This document shows positions 1-12,585 of a stretch of DNA of 64,000 nt, piece after piece. The DNA is from Gordius albopunctatus (taxonomy: Eukaryota): assembly GCA_964276515.1 (NCBI GenBank), contig OZ193909.1, positions 3,038,001-3,102,000 of the forward strand. Reading direction: 5' to 3'. Both the position numbers and the translations under genes were made by a program. Position 1 is the stretch's first letter. Every line of letters starts with the position of its first letter. The notes beneath the pieces were generated by a model, which saw only the letters and a list, made by a program, of their open reading frames with translations, had not been told where the DNA came from and did not search any database.

Positions 1-271
1 ATAGGAGTAAAAATTACGCGTATGTGTGTGGGCGGACGTATATATAAGTTATCGCTTAACACACGTAAGGGGGTGGGGCGTAACGGGGTGGCACAGGGTT
101 AATAAATACATTTAAAAAAATTTATTTTTATATCTTGCAACTTATCTTTTATTCAGAATAATTTGTGTACCCATATTTTGTTTTGTATAATTCACTATTT
201 ATTTTTATTGCCCAATAAAATGTTAAAAACTATATAGCATTACATTTTATTATGTCCTTGCACAAACTTCC

Positions 272-730
272 GTTTATCCATTTATAATATAGTTATTAGT
301 ATGACTATAGACGTGTTAAATTGGAAAAATATATATATTGTTACAATTTATTATATAATTGCATATACTCATTAACTAATCACATATTTACCTTTATTCA
401 CTTATAATATAGGTATTAGTATGGCTATAGACGTTATGTTAAATTAGAAAACTATATATTATTACAATTTATTATATGCTTGCATATATTGAGTAACTAA
501 TCACAAAGTTACCTTTATTCATCTATAATATAGGTATTAATATGGCTACAGACATTTTCATGTTAATGCATGGAATATAAGACTATATATTATTACAATG
601 TATTATTTGCTTGCATATATTCATTAACTAATCACAAAGTTACGTTTATCTAGTTATAATATAGGTTTTAGTATGGCCATAGACGTTTTTATGTTAGCGC
701 ATTTATTAGAGAACTATATTGTATTACAAT
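272..730. repeat. Degenerate tandem repeat, ~4 units of ~118-130 bp
   Basis: Recurrent blocks tataatatag(g)tattagtatgg/actatagac, ctatatattattacaat and tgcatata..cattaactaatcaca at ~120-bp spacing. Confidence 0.8.
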
Positions 731-1327
731 ATATGCTATCTTATATATATTATGCAATATACTATTGAGTATTTATTAATTTAAACATATATTTAATATA
801 TATAATTATTATAATTTATATTTTCTATTATTTTATTTATTTACGATTTTGTATCTAGTTTGGAAATGTGTTATTTATTATGTCCATTAGTGATTATGGG
901 TCCGAATCACATAAATAACAAATTTAAAAAACAAGTTAATAAAATTTGGAACATCAAGAGTTTAAATAAAACGATAATATTAATAAATTAATAATAGCTC
1001 ATTTGTAATAATAAGTTTATATTAATTAATGATATTAAACATTACTTTACTAAACTAAACATTCTTTATATTATAGGAGAAACTGGGAGATGGTGACAAA
1101 GATTATGAGTAAACTCGGCTTTCATTTATAATATTAAAATAAATAATCATAGCCTATAATATGAATACGATATTCATATGCTGAAAAGTTTATTGTTAGT
1201 GCATGATATTTTATGTAAAATATATTTGATTTTAGTTACGTGTATTCTTGTTTTAACTAACAGTACTTTATTCAATTATACATTTTAGTTTAAGTCAAAA
1301 GCACATAAATACATTAATCAGCTTTAA

Positions 1328-2822
1328 TTAGTAGATTAAGGCCCTGTTAATGCCTTTTATCATCAGTCTTTTAAAACTATCTATTGATTTACGATTGTCA
1401 ATATATCTGATCAATTCTTCTAAAAAGCTTGGCCTAGGCCTTTTATTTACCAACACAACTGGCGCGTTCGTTATTGAACGCATCAAAGCTAGTTTTTTCA
1501 TTACCGTTTCCCCTAATCTTTTTCTTAAAAAATCTTTTCGATGACCTCTCGCTCGTGCAAAGCCATGTTGCTTCTTTCTATATAAATTAAAATAAAGAGG
1601 ACATTTGTTTAGAAAGATAACTATTATAATGGCAAAAACTGGATATTAATTGTGATGCTATCAAAAGTTAAGAAAAATCATGATACAGATAACGGTCCAT
1701 GTATAATGCGCACAACCCTTAGCGTGCTACAATCGCCAAATGTTGAGACTGAGACTTGAAAGAGGCATTTCTTATATATTAAAGTTTTAAGATCAATTTA
1801 TGTCAATGAGTAATGAGTATCTTAAAATAGCCGTAACTGTCAAAATATAAATTATAATGAACAACTTGGCGTTTTGTAATATATGATATGGAGGTACTTA
1901 ACACCAAATTGCGGTATCTATTTAGGCATATAACGTCTATTCTAGAATAATTAAAGCATTATCCCATGATTTTTTTTAATCATTTTTTAGAGATCTGCTT
2001 CTTTACACTATTATTTACCCTTGAACATTTATATATGGTTCGCTTTCAATTTTTTAGTAAATATTTTCAAAATCGTGATGATGTGCATAATTTAGAGTTA
2101 TTGATTAAATAGTAGCTCATTTTAAATTATAAGGTACAGGGGTTTTATATTATATAAATATTTTAAAGCACGACGAATAATAATAGTTTGGATCCATTAA
2201 AAATTATAACGGGCCAATTTAGATTTGCCAGGTATTAAAAAGAAGAGAAATTAGGTCAACACAAAACTTTGGCGTTAAAAATGTACTATTTAATTTAGAT
2301 TGTCTATTTCAAAGCGAATGAGCCAAAGCTTTTTATATCAATTAAGATTTGTTCCCTTTTATGCGAGAAAAAGCTTAATCGAGAAATATTGCAACAAATT
2401 TTTATATAAACTAAATAATTAAACACCTAGACTCATAAAAAGGGCTCACGCTAAATGCATATGAAGCTTTATTGACATGCTTTAAAGCTTAGATCAAATA
2501 ACTCATTACTAAAATAATAATCATCATGGGCTAATTTATAAAGACCGTGTAAAAAAATATGACAATAATTATTTGAAGTTAGAGACATGTTATAGAAGTA
2601 GTACCTCAGCTTTTTGAAGAGATCGTTTTAATATTGCTATCTAAGGAACAATTTATCAATTCGAACAATGTATAACTTTAATAAATTAAAATCCTTACCA
2701 TATGGCTTTGTTGATCGCTCAATTATGGGATTTATATGACGTGTTATAAAAGAATTATATGTAATGGCATATATAGGAATGAGCAAAACTAAAAAGTATA
2801 TAATACTTATGACGCAAGACAT
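1328..2822 (-). CDS. Putative small secreted protein (~160 aa), prohormone-like; tentative exons 2822-2699, 2636-2605, 1770-1694, 1577-1328
   Basis: Signal-peptide-like N-terminus MSCVISIIYFLVLLIPIYA; GTAAG donor at 2698; phase-compatible GT-AG exons; 83-codon open terminal exon; AATAAA at 1267-1272. The exon 3/4 junction is ambiguous and no homolog was recognised. Confidence 0.45.
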
Positions 2823-4162
2823 AATTCAGCAAATAGTGATTGTTATGTAAAATTATTGTTTATTGTAATGATTTTTTTATCGATAGAAGTTTATTTCCAA
2901 ATAATTATGTATGATCTTTATGTAAAAGGCCTGTCAACATCTGAAAATAAACTTTAAAGCTACAAAAACAGGTAAGCGACTAGAGCTAAAGTTCCATGAA
3001 AGAATAGATTTTTCCTTTGGCCTTAAAATAGGAATAGAAAAAAATAGTTTAATATAGAAAAGCCTCCCACTACGCATATGAATGTTATCTTATTTCATTC
3101 TCGATGCTTATTAATTGCTATGCAATTTATGGTTTTTTTAGGTTTCTATACTTTTTACAATATAATCTATGAAATTTTTAATTTGTAGTTATATTTTTGG
3201 ATCTCAAAATATTTGCATAAAATATATCGTCTAAAGAATATTTGTATAAGTTGTTCTCGCTCACATACGTCCCTATTTTTTGGCCATTAAGGCTCACCCT
3301 TACCCCTTTGGATAAATTTCAACGCGACCCAGTGCATTTTTTTCCCAGTCACTTCTGGCTCATCCACATGTTCGGCCCGTTAGATCCGACCTATTAAAAT
3401 TTGAAAATTATGCAACATTCATTTCTATTTAACTGATATAATTAATATGGTATCTCGAGTAATTGAATCGATAAATTTTAAGGGTTTTATTATATTCTAC
3501 ATCTTGACACTTAAACATAATAATTTCTTCAACATCACAATTCCTAATACCCCCCTAATTTTTTTGTATATAAATGGAGTTGTAAAGATTAATGTTTGAA
3601 GGTTATCTTTTAATAAATGAATAAAGAGTTGAAATATGTTTTTGTAATTAGAAATCCGCATGTCATAATCGTTTCGCGCACACAGTCCTTTTTAAAAGTA
3701 ATTTTATTTTAGAAGATGGCAAAAGTCATATGTAATATATGAATTTAAGTTGTTAGCATTTTACATATAAAGTTTGAATCGTTATTTAAAACACCATAGG
3801 CAGTTATTAAAGTTGATTTTTAATAAATAAAGCTACTCTATAAAATTGTGGCTTTATAAAATTGTGTAAAATAAGGTTAGGAAATATTAAAACATTGACA
3901 AATTGTTTAAAAATAAATGAATCCAATTGCCCATATAAATTCGGTACATGTTAGTTAAAAACTTTCGATTTATTTGCCGTTTACTAAAAAATTAATATTA
4001 TCTTCATATAATTCATTTATCTCCACATATGTAATATGTATTTATAACTATGTTTCCAAATTATATATATTAAAATAGTGATATTGAATTATTATAATAA
4101 TTATTTTTAAATAATTATGAAGGTATAATCTTTTTGTCTAATTTCATTTATTTTGGTGAAAA

Positions 4163-4428
4163 GGCCACTCAGAACGCGCTCGCTTCCTCCATAAGAACCA
4201 GGAGCCGCTCCTAAAAAGAGGAGAAGAAGCAAACTCCGGTTCCCGGAACGCTCTTCAAGCATCATTCCCTTCGCAGCGCTAGAAAGGAAAGAGCGAGCGA
4301 AGGTGATGCGTTCTTCACGCTGAGAAGCGAGCGCCGCGACTCATCATCGTGACTGTTAGAACGTCGCATATTAGGCGATGTTTCGCACGTCACATACTAC
4401 AGAAATGATCCTGTTGAAGTATGATCTT
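4163..4428 (-). ncRNA. U3: U3 snoRNA (~266 nt)
   Basis: Minus strand: AAGATCATACTT (box A'), CAGGATCATTTCTGTAG (box A, complementary to 18S UGAUCCUG), GATGATGA (C'), CAGCGTGAAG (B), TTGAAGAGCG (C variant), CTGA (D). Terminal stem GTCAC/GTGGC; perfect stem CGCTCGCTTC/GAAGCGAGCG; two internal hairpins. Confidence 0.93.
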
Positions 4429-4451
4429 AATTTACCCTTAAAAATAGGCCC

Positions 4452-4459
4452 TTTATATA
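4452..4459 (-). promoter_or_regulatory. TATA box ~-31 to -24 of U3 gene
   Basis: TATATAAA on the minus strand, 24-31 nt upstream of the U3 5' end at 4428. Confidence 0.5.
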
Positions 4460-5130
4460 CGAATCGTTGGTGGTAGATTTATAAATTGGTTCTTTTTTGT
4501 TAATATATCTAATTTTATTAAAAAATAAAAAAATATTATGTGTGGACTGACTTAAAATGTACAAAATAATGAATATAATATGTTTGCCATGGTGTTGATC
4601 ACTCAAGCTTGAAGCTTATAACATTAGGTAAATATAGAATTGGCGCCATCTATAAGCAAATATATTTTAGATTATTCTCAGATTATTATTGCCTGTTTGA
4701 CTTTTAATTCATTTTAATAGCTAAAAGATATTTTTAAGTAGAAATACTATTTCTTATTCAAAAGTAGGTAAAAAATGTAAAATAATATCTTGAGGCATAT
4801 TAAGAGTTTAAAAAATTTTCCTTCTACTAGTCTAATGACAAAGTTATATAAAAGTCCAAGGTATATTTTAAAGTGCTATGTAACATAATTTTCAATATAA
4901 TTATGATTAATTTTATAGATACTTTCTATTTTGTCTTTTTAAAATACAAGCTACACAATATTCTTCTATCACATAAACTTATGTGGTCAAGTAAGGTGAT
5001 TTTTAAGAAAAAAACAAATACATATTCTTGAGTTATTTTTTGCATTTGGCTAGATACATAAGAAATAACAGTTTTATTGTGTAACATTTATTCCATTTAC
5101 AACATTTATTAACATTCATAACAACATATG

Positions 5131-7190
5131 CTATACAGATGATTTAAAAATTTGAAGGCTTTTATCAGATCCACCACTGATTATGAGGTTACTTTCCGAC
5201 CACGCAGTGCACAAAATTTTTTCCTTCTGCCCATACAAATCGTAGAGAGGGGCTCTGGTACTAAATATATTTAAGTGTTGTATAATGTTTTGAAAGACAA
5301 AATGCAAATTTTCAGTAAATAATACCTTCGAACATCCCATATTTTAACTATGGAGTCATATGAGCCTGATGCAAACAAATTAACGCTGAGTGGAGACCAG
5401 TTTACTGAAGACACCCAATTTTTATGAGATGAAAAACTTGCTTTAACTATTGTCCCAGCTAAATATATCATAAAGTATAAAACAATTAGTCATACAAATT
5501 TCAAAGCAATATTTTCAACCACATACATAGTAGTAACAACAAATTAAATAAGCAATCATAGAGCTATTTGAGACATTACAAAGTGGAATTAAGGTTATAG
5601 TCCTTAAAACAAATTGTTTAAAATGGTACATAAGTTATGGAATTTTTAACTAGTTTGATTATAACCAACTTTCAAGGATATAAAATTATTTTATAGCAAA
5701 GAATAAACTGTATGTTTCAATATAATAATAAGCTTGCAAAATCAAATATTACCATCTGATCGTGGATCCCATAACCTTATGTAATTGTCTGTGCTACCAG
5801 AAATAATCAATTGTGACAATGGGGAGTAAGAAATGGAGAGCAATGCTTTTTGACCAGCCTAATAATTTGAACAAGGCAAAATTATTTTTCAAAAAAACTT
5901 AATAGTAATAAACAAATAAAATGCTAGTTTAAATACCAAGACAGATTTTGATTTTTGAGCTTCAACGTCCCATATCTTAATTTTATGATCCCAGGATGCA
6001 CTGCAAATTTCGTTTTTTGTAATCCATTGAATTGAAGTTACCACATCATCATGATTTGCTATTGTAAGAACAGGAAGCTATAGATAACACATTTAGCAAA
6101 TACAATTATAATTGACACAAGACAAAAATATATATTTATAATACCTTTGTTTTCTTTGTCTTTAATTCTCCTGAAACTTTGGGCTCAACAGAGTCATCAT
6201 TATTAAATGACCATAGTTTTATCATTTTATCCCAGGACCCAGAACAAAAATGACCATTTTGAGAGGATGGGTCAGGATTAAGGCTAACACACTCCACACT
6301 ATTTGTATGGCCTCTATATATGGATTTACATTGAAGAATCCAATTTTCTTTAGTGGTTGTTAAGTCTTTGGTAGATTTTTGGATTTGCCTTTCCAATTTC
6401 CACAGTTTGAGAGTATGATCATGTGATGCTGTCACAAATTGAAATGATGTGTTTTTTGATGTAGTTTTATGACCTAAGCAACAACAAAACATTAATGAAT
6501 GAAACAAAATAGAGTACCATAATTAAGCTTTAACAATTTGATATCTTTAACTGGCCCCTCATGGATAATCTTGGTTAATACTTGTTCCTCTGTTGACGTA
6601 TATGTCCACACATTAATGCTGTTATCATAACATCCTGTAACAAAAAAAGTCTCAGAAATGCCTTCCTCATGTAATGAGTCAACACAACTAACCCAATCAT
6701 TATGTTCATATAATTTTTGAGGATCAGGCGATTTTATTCTTTCAGCATATTCAATTTCAATCACAGCTTCCTAAAAAATATTATGCTATAACATGGAAAA
6801 CAAACTGTTGATAAGCTTTTTTGATTAAGATAATCTGATAAAGATTTTGTCAAAATTTCCTGGTTAACCAAAAAATCAAATGATAATTCATCCAAACTTC
6901 TATCAGGGTTTTCTTCATTATGCATATGTATAGAATTAAAATTATAAAAATATACCTTGTATCAAGATTGTTTTAATAAGGGAATTTAGATTAGCTGGAG
7001 TCGTGTTAACGGGTAAAGAATATTGAGATTTGTTGATAACAAATCTTAAAATAATATATAATCAAATTAAAGTTATAATGAATAATACTTGAAATAAATT
7101 TTTATAATTAAGAGTAATTTTTAAAATAAAACTATACTTTTTATTATTAGTAAAAAATGTAACTTGAACGACAGCATCAGAACTCAGCAT
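5131..7190 (-). CDS. WDR12: Ribosome biogenesis protein WDR12/Ytm1 (~446 aa); exons 7190-7138, 7044-6956, 6912-6806, 6770-6518, 6473-6145, 6077-5937, 5858-5753, 5458-5326, 5260-5131
   Basis: N-terminal NLE/UBL domain (VQVTFFT...LNSLI...FDFLVNQEIL...EAVIEIEY), then WD40 repeats (HNDWVSCV, TGCYD, GHTNSVECV, SGSWD, SASWDH, RLWDPR, SHKNWVSSVNWSP, APLYDLYG, SGGSD). All 8 introns are GT-AG and phase-consistent; 1341 nt total. Confidence 0.92.
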
Positions 7191-8127
7191 TTTTTTGTAT
7201 AATTACCGCACTAAGGTACACTTTATATATGTTTTTCAATTTATTTTCATGTACACATAGGAAGAGTCAGGGGTAGGCGCGTAGTCAGGAATTTTCTCCC
7301 GGTGGGGGGGGGGGGGGAGATTTCCAAAAAAAAATTTAGCATTTTTATTTCAACATCAAAATTGTAAAATCTGGTATAAAACATAAAGAAAGTCATTATA
7401 AATAATTAACTTGATCAGTTACATTGCCTAACTATAAAATAAAAACTTTAGATCTCAAATAATTTTTTCCGTAAAAAATCGTCTCCCCCCCCCTTATTTA
7501 CGTCACTGGTCAGGGGAAACGGGGAGAGGCAGTTGCGACCTCTAAATCAAGAAAAAATTATAAATTTAATATATTTATGGCTAAAATTACTTATATTTAT
7601 TCTTTTGCTCCTTCCTAAATCATAATTGCGCCCCTCTTATTCCAATCCTGCCTATGACCATGTATGCAGAATGAACTATGGTGGAAAACTTTTATTATGT
7701 TAGGATTTGTTAGAAAAGTAAAGTGGACCTACGGAAGTTGAACTAAAGTGGGTAAAGATTTGTGTATTATCTTTATTTAGAGTCAGAGTAATATGTAATT
7801 TCGAAATGAAGTCACATTAATTCGAAATTACTTTATCTTAAGATAAACTAAAGGACCTTTTTTTAATTGTAAATGCTTTCATTATTATTATCCTTGGTTC
7901 TTATAGAAACATATTTTTTACTTCAAAAATTATGACTAAATAACATGACATGTTATTATATTAATTTTATCTAGTTTTTGTGGCTGCACTCTCTCTATCC
8001 CCTTACCATTTCTCTGCATATATAACGAGCACTAAGAGATTTATGTTTTTACTACCTATCCCTCCCCCAGTTTTCTATAGATCCCTCCAAGTGTCGATTT
8101 ATCTCTCTCGAGGAGGAATATAATTTA

Positions 8128-10814
8128 TTACATGATAAAAAGAGCAATGATACGAAACTTATAAAAGGGTGAATTTATATAGCAATAGATAACGATAACA
8201 TTCAAATCTGATGATTTCATCGCTCCAATCCCCGGGTGCCCATTATGTAGTATTTTTAAAACTTGTGACTTTAAACCAGAAGGAATGATAATTCTATCAT
8301 TGAAATATAGTAGGTTATCTTCCAATGATATATAATTCTTCAAATCCAAATATTTTTTAACTTTATCATTAGAAATATCTCCTTGCCAATTATTTTGAAA
8401 TAATTTAACAACTTCTTTAAGAATATCGTCTTTTAAAGTTTCATTAATCAAAGTTTTTCTATTAATTGTTAAGTCATCAATTAGATTTAATTTAATTAGT
8501 TTATCTTCAAACTCCTCTTCCGGATCAGAATAACTTGAAACTGGCATTAATCTTGATAAAGCGTCGGCACATTGATTCCATGATCCCGGCATATATTTAA
8601 TATCAAAATTATAGTGCATAAGTTTCGTCGCCCATCTGACTAAACGATTATTTGTTACTTTACTCAAATCCCTATTAGGACCGAAAATCCTTTCCAATGG
8701 GCGGTGGTCTGTAATTAATGTAAATTTCCTACCGTAAATGTATTCGTGAAATTTTTGTATAGCAAACATGATTGCGGCAGCTTCTCGGTCAATAACCGAA
8801 TAATTACGTTCAGCTGGACTAAGTGTCCGAGAGGCGAAAGCAATCGGTCTTTCATGTCCATTTAAGAATTTATGTGAGATAACTGCTCCTAAACCGGTTT
8901 CAGAAGCGTCGCATGATATTATAATAGGTATATTATTTTGATATGGAATTATTGTTTCATCTGTTGAGATTAAGTTTTTTATATTGTTAAATGCTTGTTT
9001 TTCTGTTATAGTCCAATTCCATTTGACTTTAGTAGATGTTAATTTATACAAAACTGAACTTTTAGATTGCAAATTTGGAATAAAACTTTCAAGGTAGTTA
9101 ACTAGACCCAGGAATGATTTTAATTCTTTGCGATTAGTTGGTTCTTTAAATTTTTTAATCGACTCCACCTTATCTTCACTAAACCGAAAGGAAGCCTTAA
9201 ATATTGAAAATACCCTACATGTGTGGCTATGTTCAACAATTTTGAACTTTCCTCCGAAACTTGTAATTGCAAAAAAGCATCTTTTAAGTCTATGATCGAA
9301 AATATTTTACCACCCGATATTTCACTCGCGACGTCCTTGAACGTTGGGAGAAGATCGTTGTCCTTTGATAGATATTTATTTAATGTCACTCTAAAATCAC
9401 CACATATACGGACGTCACCGGATTTCTTCCTTATGTTAACCGTAGGTGTTGCCCATTTGATTGGAGTTATTGTTGGATCGATTTTTCTAATAACCCCTTC
9501 ACTTTCTAAACGTTTCAATTCTTTTTCGATAGCTTGACGCATGGGAAATGGTACCCGCCTCGCCATGTAGCTCATGGGACATGCTGTTTTTTCCACCTCA
9601 ATCACGACTTTAAGGTCTTTAACTTTACCCAATTTTCGACTAAAAACTGTTGGGAACTGTTTAAAAATATCGTCTTCCGTTAAATATTTTTTTTCATCGG
9701 AAATAACATTTAATTTAATGATTGGTGGAAGTGATAATTTATATTTAATGATATGAGGGATGCCGAAAATCAAATTTCCTTTACCTTTAATAACATGTGC
9801 ATCTATGACATGTGATATTTTGTTAACTTCTACCTTGGCATTGCATTTCCCCAAAGTTTGAATTTTGGTTTTGCCATAACCATATATCTCCGAACCCGGT
9901 GTTAGGGGTGGCTTACCTATGCTACGCCACGTTGGTTCATCTATAACTGTGCAAGCGGCACCCGTATCGAATTGAAACGTATATGGTCTCTCATTGATCA
10001 AAACATCAATCTCCGCTTTCGTTATCTCGTCTTTGTTTTTTAAAGCGGATATGTTCCTTGGCGGAAAAGGAGGATTCGACCAGCAGTCTCGGGCAAGATG
10101 ATTCGCTCTCCCACACCTATAACATACTACTTTCCTGTTCCTAAAAGTGCTAAAATTAGGAACGGTTTTAGAAAAAGTATTAGAATTATTATTCCAAATC
10201 CCGAATGTTTTATCCTGTCGTACTTTATTTATCTCCAATTCGTTGGACGTTTCACCTTCAATTGATGAAAGAGCCAGCGCAAGATTTACCGTTTCATCAA
10301 ACGTTATGTTACCTAAGGGGTATTTGGCCCTTAATTCAATATTTAACCTAGGTAATTTGACCCCTAGGATAAATATATCACGTAAAATTTCATCCGTGGG
10401 TAATTTATATTTGCACCGATTTATAATATTTTTGAGTTTTATTGAAAAATCTATTATACTCTCATTAGTTCTCTCCGATTTAAATAATATTTCTCTGTAA
10501 TGGTAAATTGAATTTTTATCTGAATATATCCTTATCAAAGATTCCTTAATTTCCTCATAAGTAACGCTATCCACATCCTTAGGATATATTTGACTTCTAA
10601 TTTTACTCAAATGTAAACTTCCGATGTACGACAATAAAACTATTTTTCTAAAATCTCCCGTAATATTTCTAAGGCGAAAAATTAATTCTACATGATAAAG
10701 ATAATCATCAATATTTTTAGTTGCATCATACGATGGTATATCTCTAACCCTATCAAGAGAATATCCAGAATCTAATTCGGATTTTGACCCAATGTCCGGC
10801 TTCTTCTCCGTCAT
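8128..10814 (-). pseudogene. gag-pol of the gypsy element; RT YxDD region deleted with frameshift at ~9180
   Basis: RLPFG is joined directly, in another frame, to SEDKVESIKKFKEP; the intervening YLDD-containing segment is absent. The ORF runs into flanking DNA after HPGIGAMKS (~8211). Confidence 0.85.
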
Positions 10815-10880
10815 CTTAATTGATAACTAGAACAATAACAGAGTATATTAGGTGTAGAAGTGTTTATCCTCGTCGCCAAA

Positions 10881-11153
10881 TGTAACGAAGTGGCCGGGGG
10901 AGATAACGCTAAACTCAGATTCTAAACCAAGAGACTACATCAAAAGACAGAGACTCTTTTATTAGGTGGATAAGGCTTTTTATACACATAGCGAAGGACA
11001 TATATAAAAGTAGTAATCAAATAAGAGATAAAGTACGGTGTAAACTAAGGTATATTCAAATGGCTAAGCGTATATTCAATTATCTGTGACCGCGCTCAAG
11101 TATAGGAAAAACGCGTGTATTCAAATTGCAACCTTGAATGCGGCTACACTACA
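10881..11153 (-). repeat. Single 273-bp LTR (TGTA...TACA) with PPT upstream and tRNA-Ser(GCU) PBS downstream
   Basis: Minus strand GGGGGGAGAAG|TGTAGTG ... CGTTACA|TT TGGCGACGAGGAT, complementary to the 3' end of tRNA-Ser(GCU) ATCCTCGTCGCCA. Internal TATAAAA and AATAAA. Confidence 0.88.
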
Positions 11154-11165
11154 CTTCTCCCCCCA

Positions 11166-11835
11166 TTAAGTGGAACCTTGAGGATATCTGACAGTTGGCA
11201 CTGATACTCTTTTATAAGGAAGTATATTGTCTTCTGAAATCGCTGCTGGATCTGGTCGTTTGACTGCTCTCATATGGTCGGGGTGTTTTATTTGAGTTTT
11301 GTCACCCAATTGTACGTCATAGGCCAAGTAACTGTTTTTTGTAAGGACTTGACCTTCTCTCCACCCTGGAGATCTGTCATTTTTTACCCAAACTTTTTGA
11401 TTTGGAGCAAAATCACAGTATTCCAGGCCACGGTTCCTGTAATATTTTTGTTTCCAAACGGAATCACTGATTTTCTCCTTTCGTGTCCATTTTAATTGAT
11501 CAAGAGTTGTTCGAAGTCTTCTATTGAACATACCTTCCCCCGGACTAATACCCGTCGTGGTATTTACCGTCGTTCGCATATTAAATAAAACTTGTAATAA
11601 ATTTTCACGATCGTTCAGGCCTTGTCTCCTCCCCACAAAAAATTTGCTCTTTATGGTCCGTATATATCTTTCTGCTAGACCGTTTGTTCTAGGGTGGTAC
11701 GGTGCGCCTCGAAAATGTCGTATTCCATTTCTTTTGCAGAAAGTTGTAAATTCATATGATGTGAATTGAGGACCATTGTCACTAACTATATAACGAGGAA
11801 GCCCAAATCTGCAGAATAAAACTCGTAAATTATAA
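11166..11835 (-). pseudogene. 5'-truncated gypsy integrase core/C-terminus
   Basis: LRVLFCRFGLPRYIVSDNGPQF...YHPRTNGLAER...KHPDHMR. The first catalytic Asp and the zinc-finger Cys pair are missing. Confidence 0.85.
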
Positions 11836-12385
11836 ATAAATATCTTCCAAGGTAACTGTAATTTGTTTCCCAACAAATTCATTTACCTTTTTAACATTTT
11901 TTTGGCGGTTGTTGATTAAAGGTTAAAATATGTATATACACGATTTTCTAATATTAAGGAATTTAAGAGTAATCAAATGTTTTGGCACAATATTTGAAAC
12001 TAATATAAGCATGGACATTAGCTTATAAACTTTTTTACATATTAAATTAGAGTACATACTGCATAGGAGTATTTATCACTCTATTTCTTCACTTACTTTC
12101 TCTCCGTCTTCTCCACTCCCGCCCCCTTCTTGTGTGCTTGGGCAGAGGGATGGGAGAAAGAGGAAATGATGTTTTAAAAAACATCGCATAAGCGCTAAGT
12201 ACTCTAATCTAGTCTGTCCATACATAGTGGGAGGTATTTTAATGCAGGGAGAGGGTTCAGATAAACGCAAATAAAACTAAAGTAGAAACGAGACAAAAAA
12301 TCAAATTATGATCCTATAGATCAATAAATTATCCAAAGAATTATATAAATATTATTATAATATATTTAAAATGGCGTGGGAATAG

Positions 12386-12585
12386 GGGCGTGGTGGCGTA
12401 GTGGGTAGAGGTTTAGTCTTTGAATCAAGAGTTCGCAGGTTCAATTCCACCTCTGGCACTTATTTCAAAAAAGATTAAAAATCACATCGTCACCACGCCT
12501 GTCAGGCCTGGATAGCCGTGAATCACCCCTTATCCAAATATCTAAAGAAGCTGACCACCTTAGAGTGACAGACGGCTATTGGATA
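12386..12585 (+). mobile_element. tRNA(Gln-like)-derived SINE, 200 bp, 19-bp TSD
   Basis: A box TGGCGTAGTGG (12394), CTTTGAA anticodon loop, B box GGTTCAATTCC (12438). Flanked by TAAAATGGCGTG(G/A)GAATAG at 12367-12385 and 12586-12604. Confidence 0.8.

Larger units (their letters stand above)
8211..11835 (-). mobile_element. Ty3/gypsy (Mag-like) LTR retrotransposon, defective and circularly permuted: INT core - PPT - LTR - PBS - gag - PR - RT(deleted) - RH - INT zinc-finger start
   Basis: Gag CYRCGRANHLARDC; protease FDTGA; RT WATP..RICGDFR..IDLKDAFLQ..LPFG; RH CDAS..AFASRTL..TDHRPL..NQCADALSR; INT HNGHPG at the left end and SDNGPQF..GAPYHPRTNGLAER at the right end. Confidence 0.92.

Noticed and set aside
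1350..1544. Plus-strand 64-aa ORF
   Set aside because: Better explained as the antisense of the longer open minus-strand exon, which has an acceptor and a polyA signal.
9223..11769. Plus-strand ORFs over the gypsy element
   Set aside because: Antisense shadows of gag-pol with no recognisable motifs.
12386..12460. Functional tRNA-Gln gene
   Set aside because: Acceptor and T stems do not pair; it has an unrelated 3' body and a TSD, so it is a SINE.
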